Origin: the human T2T-CHM13v2.0 reference genome, Homo sapiens
NCBI RefSeq assembly: GCF_009914755.1
Contig: NC_060931.1
Reading direction: 5' to 3' (one strand)
DNA: 64,000 nucleotides
The position numbers were made by a program, and so were the translations under genes. The stretch's first letter is position 1. Every line of letters begins with the position of its first letter. Positions 43,701 to 56,715 of this stretch are shown one piece after another. A model generated the notes under the pieces. The model searched no databases. It saw only the letters and a list, made by a program, of their open reading frames with translations, and had not been told where the DNA came from.

Positions 43701-44180
43701 AAGGAGTGTGTTGGGGGTGGAGAGTGCATACCTTATGCTCCTAATCTGGGGCAGTACAACTGCCTGAATTCCCAGCAGCACTCCAAATAGGGCTCAGGGC
43801 TTGTGAGGATTGTGTTTTATTCTCCTGTAGTATGGAACATAGGTGTTTGTTATGGCAGTAAGGGCTGGTGGGGATCTTCTGCTTACCTTTTCCCTGCAAC
43901 AGAAAGTCCATCCTGTCTCCAGCCCAATCCAATCTAGGTTGTGAGAAATGGGATTTAAGAGGCCATGTGCCTCCAAACTGCCCTCCTGGACTTTCACTCA
44001 CCACAGTGCACCTCCAGCCCTCCACTGCATCCCAATGTTCTCTTCCTTTGACACTCCAGTCATATATTAGCATTTATATATTGTCTTCGTCCCGTCCTAT
44101 GGGGGAGACAAGTACCAGGCATCTCTAGTCAGCCATTTTGCTGGCTTCTCTCTCATATTAGTTTTATGTGCCTATCTTAA

Positions 44181-44232
44181 ATATATATATATATATATAT
44201 ACACATATATATTTAATACATGTATATATAAT
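44181..44232. repeat. (TA)n microsatellite
   Basis: Directly visible. Confidence 0.9.
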
Positions 44233-44740
44233 TATTTCTACAATAATATTCCAAGGTTACATCTAAGTCATCTAAATGAAGCAAGCTGGAGAAAAGAATT
44301 CCATTTGGAAATTATTCTACTTGATCCTGTTTCCACTGCCAATTCTCTGAAGGCATATTAATTCTCTGGGCTATTTGGAAGCACTTGAATTATTTGAAGA
44401 ATTGCCAGATCACTCATCTTCAACATTTCTTCATGTAGCATCCAGGAATAATGGCTGAGGGAGTTACATTTTGTTCCCTTTATTCAGCACATTCATTCAG
44501 TTTCTCAGTAGCATATGAAGTATTCTTGAAACTCGTGGCAAATTACTGGGCTTTTCACATAGCATTTAAAAAGATCAGCAAAATCCAGTATTTTAGCACT
44601 TGCATAACAATGTATTTTTACCAGAACTGGCTTTAAGGGTACAATTAAAATTTTTTATTAAGCACCTTAAGGAATTTCAAATACTACATCAAAAATTTCA
44701 GTTCAAAGACAGTTTTCCAAACAATAGTAATTAATGTTTG

Positions 44741-45541
44741 TGATATGGGAAGTGGGCAGGGAAGTGCTGGGTATAGAAGTGGGAGGCTCCACCCTCAGGC
44801 CTATGCCCACAGACAGAAGTGAGAACAGGCACTCCTGTTTTTACGCCCAAATGTTGCATTTTCAAAGACCACTCAGGCCCACCACGCCCCGCCTCCTGTG
44901 CCCGTATAAACCTGAGGACTTAGTGGGCACACACACAAGCGGCTGAACGTTGAGACCAGCAGACCAGCAGACCAGCAATGGTGGAATGATGTGACAGAGA
45001 AAGAGAGAAGAGGAGGGATGTCCAGATGCCAAGAGGAGTTCAGCTGGAGGCGTTTGGAGAAGAGTCCGGCTGCTGGGCGGCCCGACTCCAGGGGAAAATC
45101 ACCTTCCCACTTCATACCCCACTTGCCGCTCCCCATCAATCTCACTGAGAGCCACCTCCACCACTCAGTAAAACCTTGCACTCTTCCTTCGAGCCCACGT
45201 GTGATCTGATTTTTTCAGGACACTGAGCAAGAGCTCGAGATACAGAAGACTGTCACACTGGCCCTCTGCCCTTGCAATAAGGCAGAGTCCATTGAGCTGA
45301 TTAACACACAAGCCATCTACAGATGGCAAAGCTGAAAGGGCTTTGTAACACTGGGGTTGCAGGCAACCAACCAGCCCCTAGACACTACCGCGGGGCTGAG
45401 AGCCTGAAGCACTCACCCTGGCCTGTGCACCTGCCCATCTGCATGCTCCCCCTAGGGGGTTGAGCTGCAGGGCTACCAAGCAGGAGAGTCACTCCTCTGC
45501 TGCATGTTCTGTGAGGAGAATCAGGGAACTCTCCTATTTCA
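44741..45541 (+). mobile_element. LTR1-family (ERV1, HUERS-P2 type) solo LTR
   Basis: TGATATGGG...CAGGGAACTCTCCTATTTCA termini, 4-bp TSD TTTG (44737-44740 / 45542-45545), GC box and TATAAA at 44905-44910. Confidence 0.88.
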
Positions 45542-45914
45542 TTTGCATTAATAGTCTGAGAGCTTTTAAATATTGATTCTTTCTAAACTTATTTGCTGGA
45601 AAGATATTTATAAAAAGTTGAAAGTAAAGAAACATCAGCACTTCAAAATCTTAATAATTTTGTCATTCTGAGCAGAGTAATAATAAAAACTCCCTCTACT
45701 ACAGTAGATGTGATTTAATTTTCGTAATGATATTAAACAAATCCCTATTTAATTCATCTGTGCACTCTTGGTCAAGCTACTTAATCTCTCTGCACCTGAA
45801 ATTTTGATTGATTAATTTTGTGAATATTTATCAAGTATTTACAATGTACTACACAAGGAAGACAAAATAGCTTTAAAAAAGAAATGAGGAATATCTTTAT
45901 ATATTTGGTTTTTA

Positions 45915-46165
45915 ATTTTTTCAAAAATAATTTCCACTTTTATTTTAGATTCAGGGTACATGTGCAGTTTGCTAGGTAGGTATATTGTGTGATGCTGAGG
46001 TTTGGGATATGAATGATTCCATCATTCATTCAAGCAGTGAGCATAGTACCCAATAGTTAGCTTTTCAAACCTTGCCCCCTCCCTTCCTCCTCCCTCTAGT
46101 AGTTCCAGAATCTATTATTTCCATCTTTATGTCCACAAGTACCTAATATTTAGTGCCTACTTTTT
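45915..46165 (-). mobile_element. L1PA16/L1PB-like 3' end
   Basis: ACTTTTATTTTAGATTCAGGGTACATGTGCAG...GTGAGCATAGTACCCAATAG is a reversed primate L1 3'UTR. Confidence 0.8.
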
Positions 46166-46334
46166 ATATGTTGTTATGAAGTGATCTCAGAAAAACTTTT
46201 AATTGAAGTTTAAATTTTTCAATTGAAGTAATCATTTGACTAAATTTTATATTTAAGAGAAAAAAGCAAGTAAAGAAGAGCATGTATAGTAAGTTTCCAC
46301 TAATCTAAGAAAAAGAGAGGGATATAAATAAGAA

Positions 46335-46876
46335 AAAGAGCTAAAAAAAGAACTACCTTTCAAACCCGTAATCCCATTACTGGGTATATACCCAGGGGAA
46401 TATAAAGCATTCTACCATAAAGACATATGCATGCATATGTTCATTGTAGCACTATTCACAATAGCAAAGACATGGAATCAACCTAAATACCCATCAATGA
46501 CAGATTTGATAAAGAAAGTGTGGTAAATATACACCATGGAATACTATACAGGCATAAAAAAAGAATGACATAATGCAGGAACACGGATGGAGCTGGAGGC
46601 CATTATCCTTAGCAGACTAATGCAGGGACAGAATGCTCTCACTTATAAGTGGCAGCTAAATGATGAGAGCTCATGAACACCAAGAAGGGAGCAACAGACA
46701 CTGGGGCCTACTTGAGGATGGGAGGAAGGAGAGGATCAGAAAAAATAACATTGGGTACTAGGCTTAGTACTTGGTTGATGAAATAATCTGTATAACAAAC
46801 TCTTGTGACATGAGTTCACCTATATAACAAACCTGCACATGTACACCAGAACTTAAAATAAAAGTTAAAAAAAAAA
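46335..46876 (+). mobile_element. L1PA15/16-like 3' fragment
   Basis: CCCATTACTGGGTATATACCC...GATGAAATAATCTGTATAACAAAC...AATAAAAGTTAAAAAAAAAA. Confidence 0.85.
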
Positions 46877-47074
46877 TCTATGATACAAACTCTCAACAAA
46901 CTAGAAGACAAAGTGCCTGCTAAGGAGAATTTTTTAAAATTCTGTAAAAACAAAAAAACAAAACAAAAACAACAACAACAAAAAAACAGTGTACAAATGC
47001 AGGAATCCCCTTTAAGACCAGAAACAAGCTACACATTTCTGTTTTCACAGCTTTCCCTCATCATTGTACTAGAG

Positions 47075-47300
47075 CAAGGGTGTCCAATATTTTGGCTTCC
47101 CTGGGCCACACTGGAAGAAGAAGAATTGTCTTAGGTCACACATAAAATACACTAACACTAGTGACAGCTGATGAACTAAAGAAAAACATTACCAAAAAAA
47201 ATCTCAAAATGTTTTAAGAAAGTTTACGAATTTGTGTTGGGCCGCATTTAAAGCTGTCCTGGGCTGCATGCAGCCCGGGGCCATGGGTTGGACAGGCTTG
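47075..47300. mobile_element. MER30 (hAT-Charlie) inserted in an old L1 ORF2 fragment
   Basis: Terminal inverted repeats CAAGGGTGTCCAA / TTGGACAGGCTTG; internal CTTCCCTGGGCCACACTGGAAGAAGAAGAATTGTC. Confidence 0.9.
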
Positions 47301-48154
47301 AGAGTCCAGCAAGTACAATAGACAAGAAAAAGAAATAAAAACCCATACTTGGAAAGGAAGAAAAACATCATCATACACAGATGATGTGATTTTTCTTTGT
47401 AGAAAAATCCAAAAAAATCTACAGGTAATTTTTAGAATTAATAAGCATAAGGTTCCTGAATACAGAAGCAATATCCCAAATTCATTTGTATTACTCTATA
47501 TCAGGACCAAGTGGAAAATTTTAGAGAGATTATTGCATTTACAAAAGCCATAAACAATATAAAGGATCTAGAAATAAATCTAACAAAAGACATTTAAGGA
47601 CATTGGGGAAAATATAAACATTTGTTCAAAATATTATAGAAGATGTAAATAAATCAAGACATGACTATGCTAGTGAGATGTGAGACTCAATAGCATGTCA
47701 GTTCTCTTGTGTTCTTGTGTGTAAATTGCCAAGTTAATTCTAAAGTATTTATAGGAAGAAAAAGGGTAAGTTTAGTGTAAGACTCTTTTGTAGACTTTTC
47801 TGGTATATCAAAACCTGTATAAGGCTAAATGAAGAGACATGACACATTCCTGGATAGGATGCCTTAGTATAATAAAGATGTCTATTTTCCACAAATGCAC
47901 ACAAAAATTTTACATGGTTTCAGTCAAAACCCAAATTGGGATTTTTGAAAAACTTAATGAAATGGTTCTAAAATTTATCTGAAAGAGACAAAATGTCTGA
48001 AAGGCAAAGGAAGTTACATAAAAGCATATACAAGGAACATACGCCATCTGATCACAAAATTTATGATGAAGTTACAATATTTTGTGTTGTAATTCTACTA
48101 CTGCAGACATCCTAAAGTACTGAATATATAGTTCATAAATAGACTCTCATTTTT

Positions 48155-50598
48155 AATGTAGCCACCCCTGCTGTCTTTTGATTATTATCTGCATAGAATA
48201 TCTTTTCCCACTCTTTTGCTTTTAACCTATGTGTGTCTTAGTTTGAAAGTGAGTCTCTGTAGACGCATATAGTTGGATCTTGATGTTGCTTTTTTAAAAG
48301 ATCCATTCTGCCAATCTGTTTTTGGACGGAGGAGTTTAATCCATTTACATTTAAAGTAATTCCTGATAGGGAAGGGCTTACGATTTTCATTCTGTTGTTT
48401 GTTTTCTGTTATACTTTTTACCCCTTGTTGCTTCCATTATCCCCTTTGTGTTTAGTTGTGTTTTTTTGGTGACACTTTGATTCCTTTCTCATTTTTTGTG
48501 TATATTCTATAGATATTTTTCTTTGTGATTACCATGCTGATTACGTATAACATCCTAAGTTATAACAATCTACTTTAAACTGATACCATTTTAACTTGAA
48601 TCACATACAAAACCTTACTCCTTTACATCTTCACTCCCTGTATGTTATTGATGTCACAAGTTACACATTTATATATTGTGTACCCAATAACACAAATTTA
48701 TACTTTTTATGCTAATATGGTTTGGCTCTGTGTCCTCATGCAAATCTCAAGTCAAATTGTAATCCCCACGTGTCAGGAGAGGGACCTGGTAAATCATGGC
48801 GGTGGATTTAATATGCTGTTTTCATGATAGTGAGTGAGTTTTCATGAGATCTGATGGTTTAAAAGTATACACTTCCTCCTTTGTTGTCTCTCTCCTGCTG
48901 GCTTGTGAAGAAGGTGCTTGCTTCTCCTTCACCTTCTGCCATAATTATGTTTCCTGATGCCTCCCCAGCCATGTGGAGCTGAATCAGTTAAACCTCTTTT
49001 CTTTATAAATTACCCAGCCTCAGGTAGTTCTTTAAGGCAGTGTGAAAACGGACTGACACATGTGCTTTTGTCTTTTAAATCTTGTGGAAGAATAAAAAGT
49101 GGAGTTATATGCCAAAATTATGATAATATTGGTTCTTATATTTGTTCATGTGGCTACTTATGATGGAGAGCATTAAATTTTTATGTGGCTTTGAGTAACT
49201 CTCTAGTGTCCTTTCATTTCAACTTGAAGGACTCCCTTTAGCATTTCTTGAGGGCAGATCTATTGGCAATAAACTCCCTCAGTTATTATTTATCTTAATG
49301 TCTTAATTTTTCCCTCATTTCTGAGGGACAATTTTGTCAGATGTAGGATTCTCAGTTGACAGGTTTTTCTTTTTTCAGTACTTTAAATATATCATTCAAC
49401 TGCCTTCTGTCCTGCAAAGTTTCTGCTGTGACATCCATTGATAATCTTATTAAGGATCCCTTGCACACGACATGTTTTTTTTTTATTGTTGCTTTTAAGA
49501 TTATCTCCTTGTCTTTAGCTTTTGACAGTTTGACTATAACATATCTGAATGTGGGTCTCTTTAGGTTTATTTTACTTGGTGATCACGGAGCTTCTTGGAG
49601 TTCCTCAAACTTGGAAATAGTTTGACCCTTATTTCTTCAAATAAGTTATCTTCCCCCTTTTCTCTCTCTTCTCCTTCTTTTCCATGTTAGCTCTTTAAGT
49701 ATATTTAAAGTCTTTATCTAGTAAATCTGATGCCTATGTTTCTTCATGAGTGATTTCTGAAGATTTATTTTATTTCTTAAAATGGACCATATTTTCCTAT
49801 TACTTTGTATGTCTTGTGATCTTTTGTTAAAAATTAAGAATTTGAAAAAACAGCCACCTGTCCCAGTGTTTGCAGACAGGCTTCATGCAGGGGAAGACCT
49901 TCAACAGTTAGCAGGGTGTATTCTGAGCCTTGAGAATAGCTCCATATGGAGGGTTCAGGTCTTCTCAGTGCTGTTCTGGGAGTGTGTCTTCCCTGGGCCT
50001 GTGTGTGTGTGTTTTATTTCCAAATTACCTGTATAAATAGACGCTTTTAAATCTCTTAATTCCCGTAGAGTCTCGTTTCACCTCTTCTTGGGACCTAAGC
50101 TGTTCTATTGTATCCCTCCATGAGTAATCTCTTGCCCCAGACACCGGGTGGTCTGTGGTGTTCTTGTGGTTTTGCACAAGCCATGCCCACTGCTTCCCAG
50201 GGATTCTCCTCACCTGAGATCCAAGGTGCACCACTTGTGTTTATCTGAGCTCAGAGGTCCATCAGGCAGCCCCAGAGAGATTAGAGTGTTGTAAATTAGG
50301 TCCTTTCTGCTCTCTCCAACTCATGGAAGGGAACTTAGGACCAGGCCACTGTTTGCTCCAAATCATATAGCATCAGGAATGTGGTGAGATAAAGCAAGTA
50401 AAAACAACACAAATTTTACCACCATTCTGATTGTGGCTCTTCCTTGATGGGGTGTTTGCTTGGTTGCCTTAGATGTTTGGCAGATTTCCAGAGTTCATTT
50501 ACTGTTAATTTGGACAGTCTCTAAATGTTCATGTAATATTTCTCTGGGGAAATGAGGGCCTGGAGCTTCCTAGTCTGCCTTCCTGCTGACATCACTCC
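48155..50598 (-). mobile_element. Old L1M 5' half (5'UTR, ORF1, start of ORF2)
   Basis: Reversed ORF2 start near 48155-48370, ORF1 remnant about 49200-49800, L1M-type 5' terminus GGAGTGATGTCAGCAGG on the minus strand at 50598. Confidence 0.7.
48713..49060 (+). mobile_element. THE1D/MSTA solo LTR
   Basis: TAATATGGTTTGGCTCTGTGTCC...TTAAACCTCTTTTCTTTATAAATTACCCAG...GGACTGACACA; TSD T(A/G)TGC. Confidence 0.9.
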
Positions 50599-50934
50599 AC
50601 TAGACACTGTTTATTATATTGAGTTAGCATATGGTTAAAAAATCACTTTTAAAACATGGAAAATTACATATTTACCCATTCATTCAACTTTAATTTCTTG
50701 AATACTTGGAAAGTTCCAGGTACTGCTCTAGATAATAGAGACCCAGTAATGAATACAACAGACATTTTTGAAAATCCCTGTATTTGTAAAGATTACATTT
50801 TAGAGGACAAATATAAAAATTTTAAAAATAAGTAAATGATATCAGAATGCAGTAAGTACACTGGAGAAAAATCAAATAGAGAAGGAAAATGGGAGAGTGT
50901 ACAATTTTTACAAAAGATGTGGAAGGTTGGTCTC

Positions 50935-51420
50935 ACCCTATACCCAGTACCTATGTTCCAAGTTCTGACCCTATATCCACTACCAATACTCTAAGATTCT
51001 GACCATATACCCAGCACCTATGCTCCAAGATTCTGACTCTATACTCACTTTCTGTGCTCCAAGATTCCGACCCTATACCCAGTACCTATGCGCCAAGATT
51101 CTGATCCTATACCCAGTACCTATTCTCCAAGATTCTGACCCTATACCCATTACCAATTCTCCAAGATTCTGACCCTATACCCAGTACCTATGCTCCAAGA
51201 TTCTGACTCTATACTCACTTTCTGTGCTACAAGATTCTGACCCTATACCCAGTACCTATTCTCCAAGATTCTGACCCTATACCCAGTACCTATTCTCCAA
51301 GATTCTGACCCTATATCCAGTACCTATGCACCAAGATTCTGACCCTATACCCAGTACCTATTCTCCAAGATTCTGACCCTATATCCAGTACCTATGCACC
51401 AAGATTCTGACACTGTACCA
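50935..51420. repeat. 34-bp minisatellite (VNTR), 14 full copies plus a partial copy
   Basis: Consensus ACCCTATACCCAGTACCTAT(G/T)CTCCAAGATTCTG, head-to-tail with no spacers. Confidence 0.97.
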
Positions 51421-51459
51421 TTACATATCCTCTGTGCAACAGTGCAAAGATTAAACTCC

Positions 51460-51645
51460 TTACTCTGAATCCCAGATCTGCCACTCTGCAGCTGAACAAT
51501 TTCAGACAGTTCTCTTATTCTCACACATCAATTTCTTTGTTTGTAAAGTGGAAGTTATAAAAGTACTTACTCATGAGAACTAAATAAGTTATCAGATGCA
51601 AAGCCCTTAGAACACTGCCTGTCACATTCAAAGTTCTAAGCAGGT
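51460..51645 (+). mobile_element. MIR
   Basis: TGAATCCCAGATCTGCCACT...TTTGTAAAGTGGAAG...AAAGCCCTTAGAACACTGCCTGTCACA. Confidence 0.75.
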
Positions 51646-51949
51646 GTCCACTGAAGCTGTATTATCGTCCCCTAAGTTCTACTGATACTGTTCAGGAGGC
51701 TGAGATGTTGGGAATAAGGAGGATAAGGGGCATGAGTTTTATCTCCAGGTAATATAATTAATGTTTACCATGGGGGTTTCTATAAGCTCAAAAGATTATG
51801 AATTTCTTTTTATATTATTCACTCTAGCTTGTATTTTTATAGTAATATTTTTCCTAGAACATAAAACAAAATTGGAAGCTATGCATGTAATAAATACTTA
51901 TACCTAATAAAAATGCAAAATATTTTGTATGAATAAAAAATAAACTAAT

Positions 51950-52445
<496 letters not shown>

Positions 52446-52989
52446 ATGGGACTCTTTGAGAGAAAGAGAGAGAAGGAGGAGGAGGAAGAGGTGGAGAGGG
52501 AAGGAAGAAAGGAGGAAAGCAGGAAGGGAAGAAGAAATAGAGCTCCTGGAAAAGGAACAAAATCAGAATTATCTGATGGGGCAAAAAGATTCTACTTGTT
52601 GAATACAGGTGATGTTCGCCATGTGGTTTGCTTGTGTGCACAGCACCAACAGGCATCCATTTCTGCAGCACTGGCCACCTGCAGTGAAGCACTGTCTCTA
52701 GGGACTGCAGGAGAGTAATCAGATGGCTCCTGAGGTTACTTCCCTTAGACGGTATTCACGGAGAAAAGTAAGTCCCTAATGTGGGGCCAGACACATCAGA
52801 TGTAGAAAAGGCATTTGTTGAAATTTAACACCCGTTATTTTTTAAAACATACTTTAAAAATCTCCAATTTTCTATACAGTCTTACAAATCCTAATTTTAC
52901 TCATTTTTCCAGCTCCAATCCAGTCTAAAATTCTTTTTGAATCTTTTTCTTGAAATCTGGCTTTAGATATTGCAAACCCTAATATACTG

Positions 52990-53605
52990 CTACATGTGAC
53001 CATTTCAGTTTTGCCCTGACCCCTACTACGTGGAGCTCACTGCCAGGGAGTGCTCCTTGCTCCTAGGGCATGGCCTTTCTGGGTCTCAACTAGATTCTCA
53101 CAGTGTTAACAAGTTTCTCCAATCTGGCTGGGACCAAATTACCATGTCTCTGCAGCATTTGGTGAGCTCTTAATTCTCTGTTCAATGTCAGCCTCTCCTG
53201 GCTGTTTTCTCAGAGGATTTTCAGACTCTTTTCTTATGCACCTGCTGCTTAGAGTAAGCCAAGTGTATGGGGACATGTTTTACACAGACTTTTGGGCCCA
53301 CTTTTCTGCAGCTTCCTACTCTTAAATTCCTGTCACCTTAGCATTCTTGAATTTCAGTCTTTGCTTCCTTTGCCCAGAGAGACTACTGGTCTCTACTTGG
53401 ACCCCATTTCCCTGTGCTGAGATTTAGAAGGAGAAAGCTGGGATGAATGTGAGGCCCATGTGTGCACCCTCTTCTCTTGAGGATCGTAGCCCTGCATTTG
53501 TTGTCGAATGCTTGGCAAGAGTTGTTTTGCACATTTTGCTCAGCTTTTATGTTTGTTTATGGCAGGAGGATTAGTCCAATATCCACTAAACCATCACAAA
53601 CAGAA
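52990..53605 (-). mobile_element. Old L1ME-type 5' region
   Basis: TTTTGCTCAGCTTTTATGTTTGTTTATGGCAGGAGGATTAGTCC resembles the reversed L1ME/MD 5' end; tentative. Confidence 0.5.
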
Positions 53606-54094
53606 TATGAAGTGGTACTTTTTTATAGTGTAGAGGATGTTATATTTAAATAATTAAAATCCTAGGGTGATATTTTGTCTCCTAGCACGTATTTTGCTCT
53701 GACAGGTGCCAAGAGCCATAATAATTCAGTTTCAGGGGTTGAGTTGATTCACAGTTAGGTGTTGGTTACCACATCAGTCTGCATCTACTTCCAGTTACCC
53801 TGTTCCAGCAGGATTTCTGGTTTTCCAACCCAAAGTATGAGGCTCCTGAAGCACCACCCCCTGCTGGTCCCTGGATGCCAACATTTTCCCTGTAGCCCAG
53901 GAAGCTGTCAATGTTTCATCCAGGACAAGAGAGGCTGCAAGCACTGGGTGACTTCTCTCCATCTCTGTCTTCTTAGGAAGCATGAGCCTGGGGCTCCTCA
54001 GTGTCCTCGGCATCCTGAGGCTTCGTGCAGACACAGACATCTGTCCAGTGCTTCTACTTGACTTCAACCCGAGGGTTGGCCCAATTATCTATAC

Positions 54095-54312
54095 CAGGGG
54101 TCAGCATACTCTTTTTGCAAAGGGCCAGATAGTAAACATTTTAAGATGTGTGGAGAATTCAGGCTCCATCAACCCCTCCCTTCTGCTGTTGGAGTGCAAA
54201 AGCAGCCATAGGTGATATGTGTGAGCGAGCACGGCTGTGTCCCAATGAGTCTTTGTCTGCACACCAGTCATCAGGCCAGCTTTGGGCTGTGGGCCACAGT
54301 TTGCCAACCCTG
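54095..54312. mobile_element. MER58A (hAT-Charlie), full length
   Basis: TIRs CAGGGGTCAGCA / TGCCAACCCTG; core AAAGGGCCAGATAGTAAACATTTT...AAAAGCAGCCATAG; degenerate 8-bp TSD ATCTATAC / ATCTAGGT. Confidence 0.92.
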
Positions 54313-55571
54313 ATCTAGGTTGTTTCCAAGGCCTTACTTTTCATCTTGTCATGTTTTTTGATAAGGTTTCCTCACATATGAATTCCTGGAAGAACGAACC
54401 AAGCTATACATTTCTTGGTATCATCCTCTAGCTAAGCATCAAGCTGGGCACAAGTTGTGTTTAATAAGTGCTATTAAATACTAAGGGAGAAAGGATGGTT
54501 GCAAGGGGGCACTGTCTAGTTTCCAGTGGAGTCTGGACTGAGAAAAGTGTTGTATATGGGAAATTGTAGCTGAGAATTTTCAAGGAAAGATGTTTTTCAA
54601 ATTTCTTGAAAGATCAGGAATTAGAACTTCTCAAAGAGGAGAGTAATTTTGTGTTTTAGCTTTTACTAAATTACCTATAAGAGGAAAGAGTAGGCATTAA
54701 AATATATTACAAAGGTTGTCATCTTTCAAGTTTTTGAACACATATATTCAGCTATGTTCCTTCAGTTGTTTGAAGTTTATTGTTTCTAGGAGTTATCTTG
54801 ATTTTTCCCTAAGCATCCAATAATTTCATCTTAAATCACGACATCAACTACATTTCTAAAGACCGGAATGCTTTCAGAATTACTTTATATGCATGAAGAA
54901 TGGTTCTACCTCTTTTCTTAGATAAACTCAGTGATAATAAACACTGAAAAAGCCTTCAGAATAAAAACTGAAAAAAAAAAGATACAGTAAGCCCTTCTTG
55001 TGAAGTAAAAGAGCATTAATATGAGACATTTAAAAACGGGCCAGATAAAGTAGGTAAAATTGCTATGTCCCTGAATTTAAAAAAAACTGAAAGTAAACTG
55101 ACCCTCTAAAACTCAAGAAAACTAGAAGACAACAAATATAAATCAATTTAAATAAGAAGAAAAATGTGACAAATGTAAACAATCAGGAAATTAGTTAACA
55201 ACAAGAAAAATAGAATTGTTGAATCAAACCAAGAACTGGTATTTCAGAAGACAAATCTTTCAGAAATCTCACCAAGAAAAATAGAGAAACCATAAACATC
55301 AAGAATGAGATGAGAGATTGCACACAGATATGAATGGAATGAAAGAAATTATAAGTTTGGGGGCAGAAAAGTGGTAAGTCAAGAGGAAATAGGTGATTTT
55401 CTAGGAAAAAAATAAGTTATCAAAATTGATTTAAGAAGAGGTAAACACATGAGTAAACTTCTAATGACTAAAGTTATTCAAACAGCCATTACCAAAAAGG
55501 AACAAAGGAAACATGGTTTTAAAAGACAAATCTTTTGTAGTCTTCAAGTAATACTTAGTTCTTATACATTG

Positions 55572-55978
55572 TACTATGGTTTGAATGTGTTCCCTCCAAA
55601 ATTCAGGTATTGATACTTGACGGCCAAAGTAAAGATATTAAGAGGTGGGGTCTTTAAGAGGTGATTAGGTCATGAGGGCTCCACCTTTCCTGAATGAAAT
55701 TAGGCCGCCTTATAAAAGGGCTTCATGGAGGGAATCTGTTTTGCTTGCCCTTCTGTTTTCTGCAATGTGAAGATACAGTGTTCCTCCCCTCTAGAGGGGA
55801 TACAGCAACAAGGTGCCATCTTGGAAACAGAGAGCAGCCCTCACCAGACAACTGAATCTGTTGGTGCCTTGATGTTGGACTTCCCAGCCTCCTAAACTGT
55901 GAAAAAATACATTTCTGCTCTTTACAAATTTGCCAGTCTGTGATATTCTGTGATAGCAGCACAAAATTGACTAAGACA
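55572..55978 (+). mobile_element. MSTB/MSTC (ERVL-MaLR) solo LTR
   Basis: CTATGGTTTGAATGTGTTCCCTCCAAAATTCA...GGACTTCCCAGCCTCC...GACTAAGACA. Confidence 0.88.
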
Positions 55979-56262
55979 ATATGTAAATATATAATATAGT
56001 TCAATATTAGTCTAGGTTCTAAGGTTTAGAATAGTACTTAACAAATTTAACAAGAAAGGTACAAGATCTATATAAGGAAGATGAAAAAACTATTAAGGCA
56101 AAATAGGATCTGAATAAATGGAGACACCACTTATCTGCTTGGGGAAGTATGTATATATGTTCATTCTCTTGAGAGAACATATACATTTTAATGCAAAAAT
56201 ACATTGTTTCTTTTTAAAAAAATTAAGCTCATCTGGAAGAATAACTAAATTTAAAATGCCAA

Positions 56263-56546
56263 TTTTTCCCCCTTTTTACAGGGTCTCTTTCTGTTGTTCA
56301 GGCTGGAGAGCAGTTGTGTGAACATGGCTCACTATAGCCTCAACCCCCTGTGCTCAAGTGATCCTCCAGCCTCAGACTTCTGAGTAGCTGGGACCACTAG
56401 CATGTGTCACCATGTTCAGCTAATTTTAAAATATTTTGTAGAGATGAGGTCTCACCATGTTGCCCAGGTAGGTTTCCTGGGCTCAAGCTCTATCCTCCTC
56501 TATCCTCCTGCCTCAGCCTTCCAAAGATTATAGGCACCTGACCCCC
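56263..56546 (-). mobile_element. Degraded AluJ
   Basis: CATGGCTCACTATAGCCTCAACC...GCTCAAGTGATCCTCC, J-type reverse Alu with internal deletions. Confidence 0.85.
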
Positions 56547-56715
56547 AAAAAAATTTTTAATAAGGCAATTAAGACTCCATAAATATCAGAACATAGTATA
56601 AAGTTACAGTGATTCAAACAGCATGATATTTGTTCAAGAACAAACAGACTGGGAGATAGAATTAGGTCCCCAAACAGACCCATGTACCTATAGGTACTTA
56701 GAATCTGAGTAAGGT

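Larger units (their letters stand above)
55080..56715 (+). mobile_element. Old L1ME-type ORF2 fragments hosting an MST LTR and an AluJ
   Basis: Degenerate ORF2-like A-rich sequence (e.g. AAAGTTACAGTGATTCAAACAGCATGATATTTG...ACAGACCCATGTACCTATAGG). Confidence 0.6.

Noticed and set aside
45915-46876. Twin-priming inverted L1
   Set aside because: Both pieces contain a 3' terminus with its own tail, so they are two independent insertions.
50935-51420. CRISPR-like array (34-bp period)
   Set aside because: Units are head-to-tail with no unique spacers, there are no cas genes, and the DNA is primate; it is a minisatellite.
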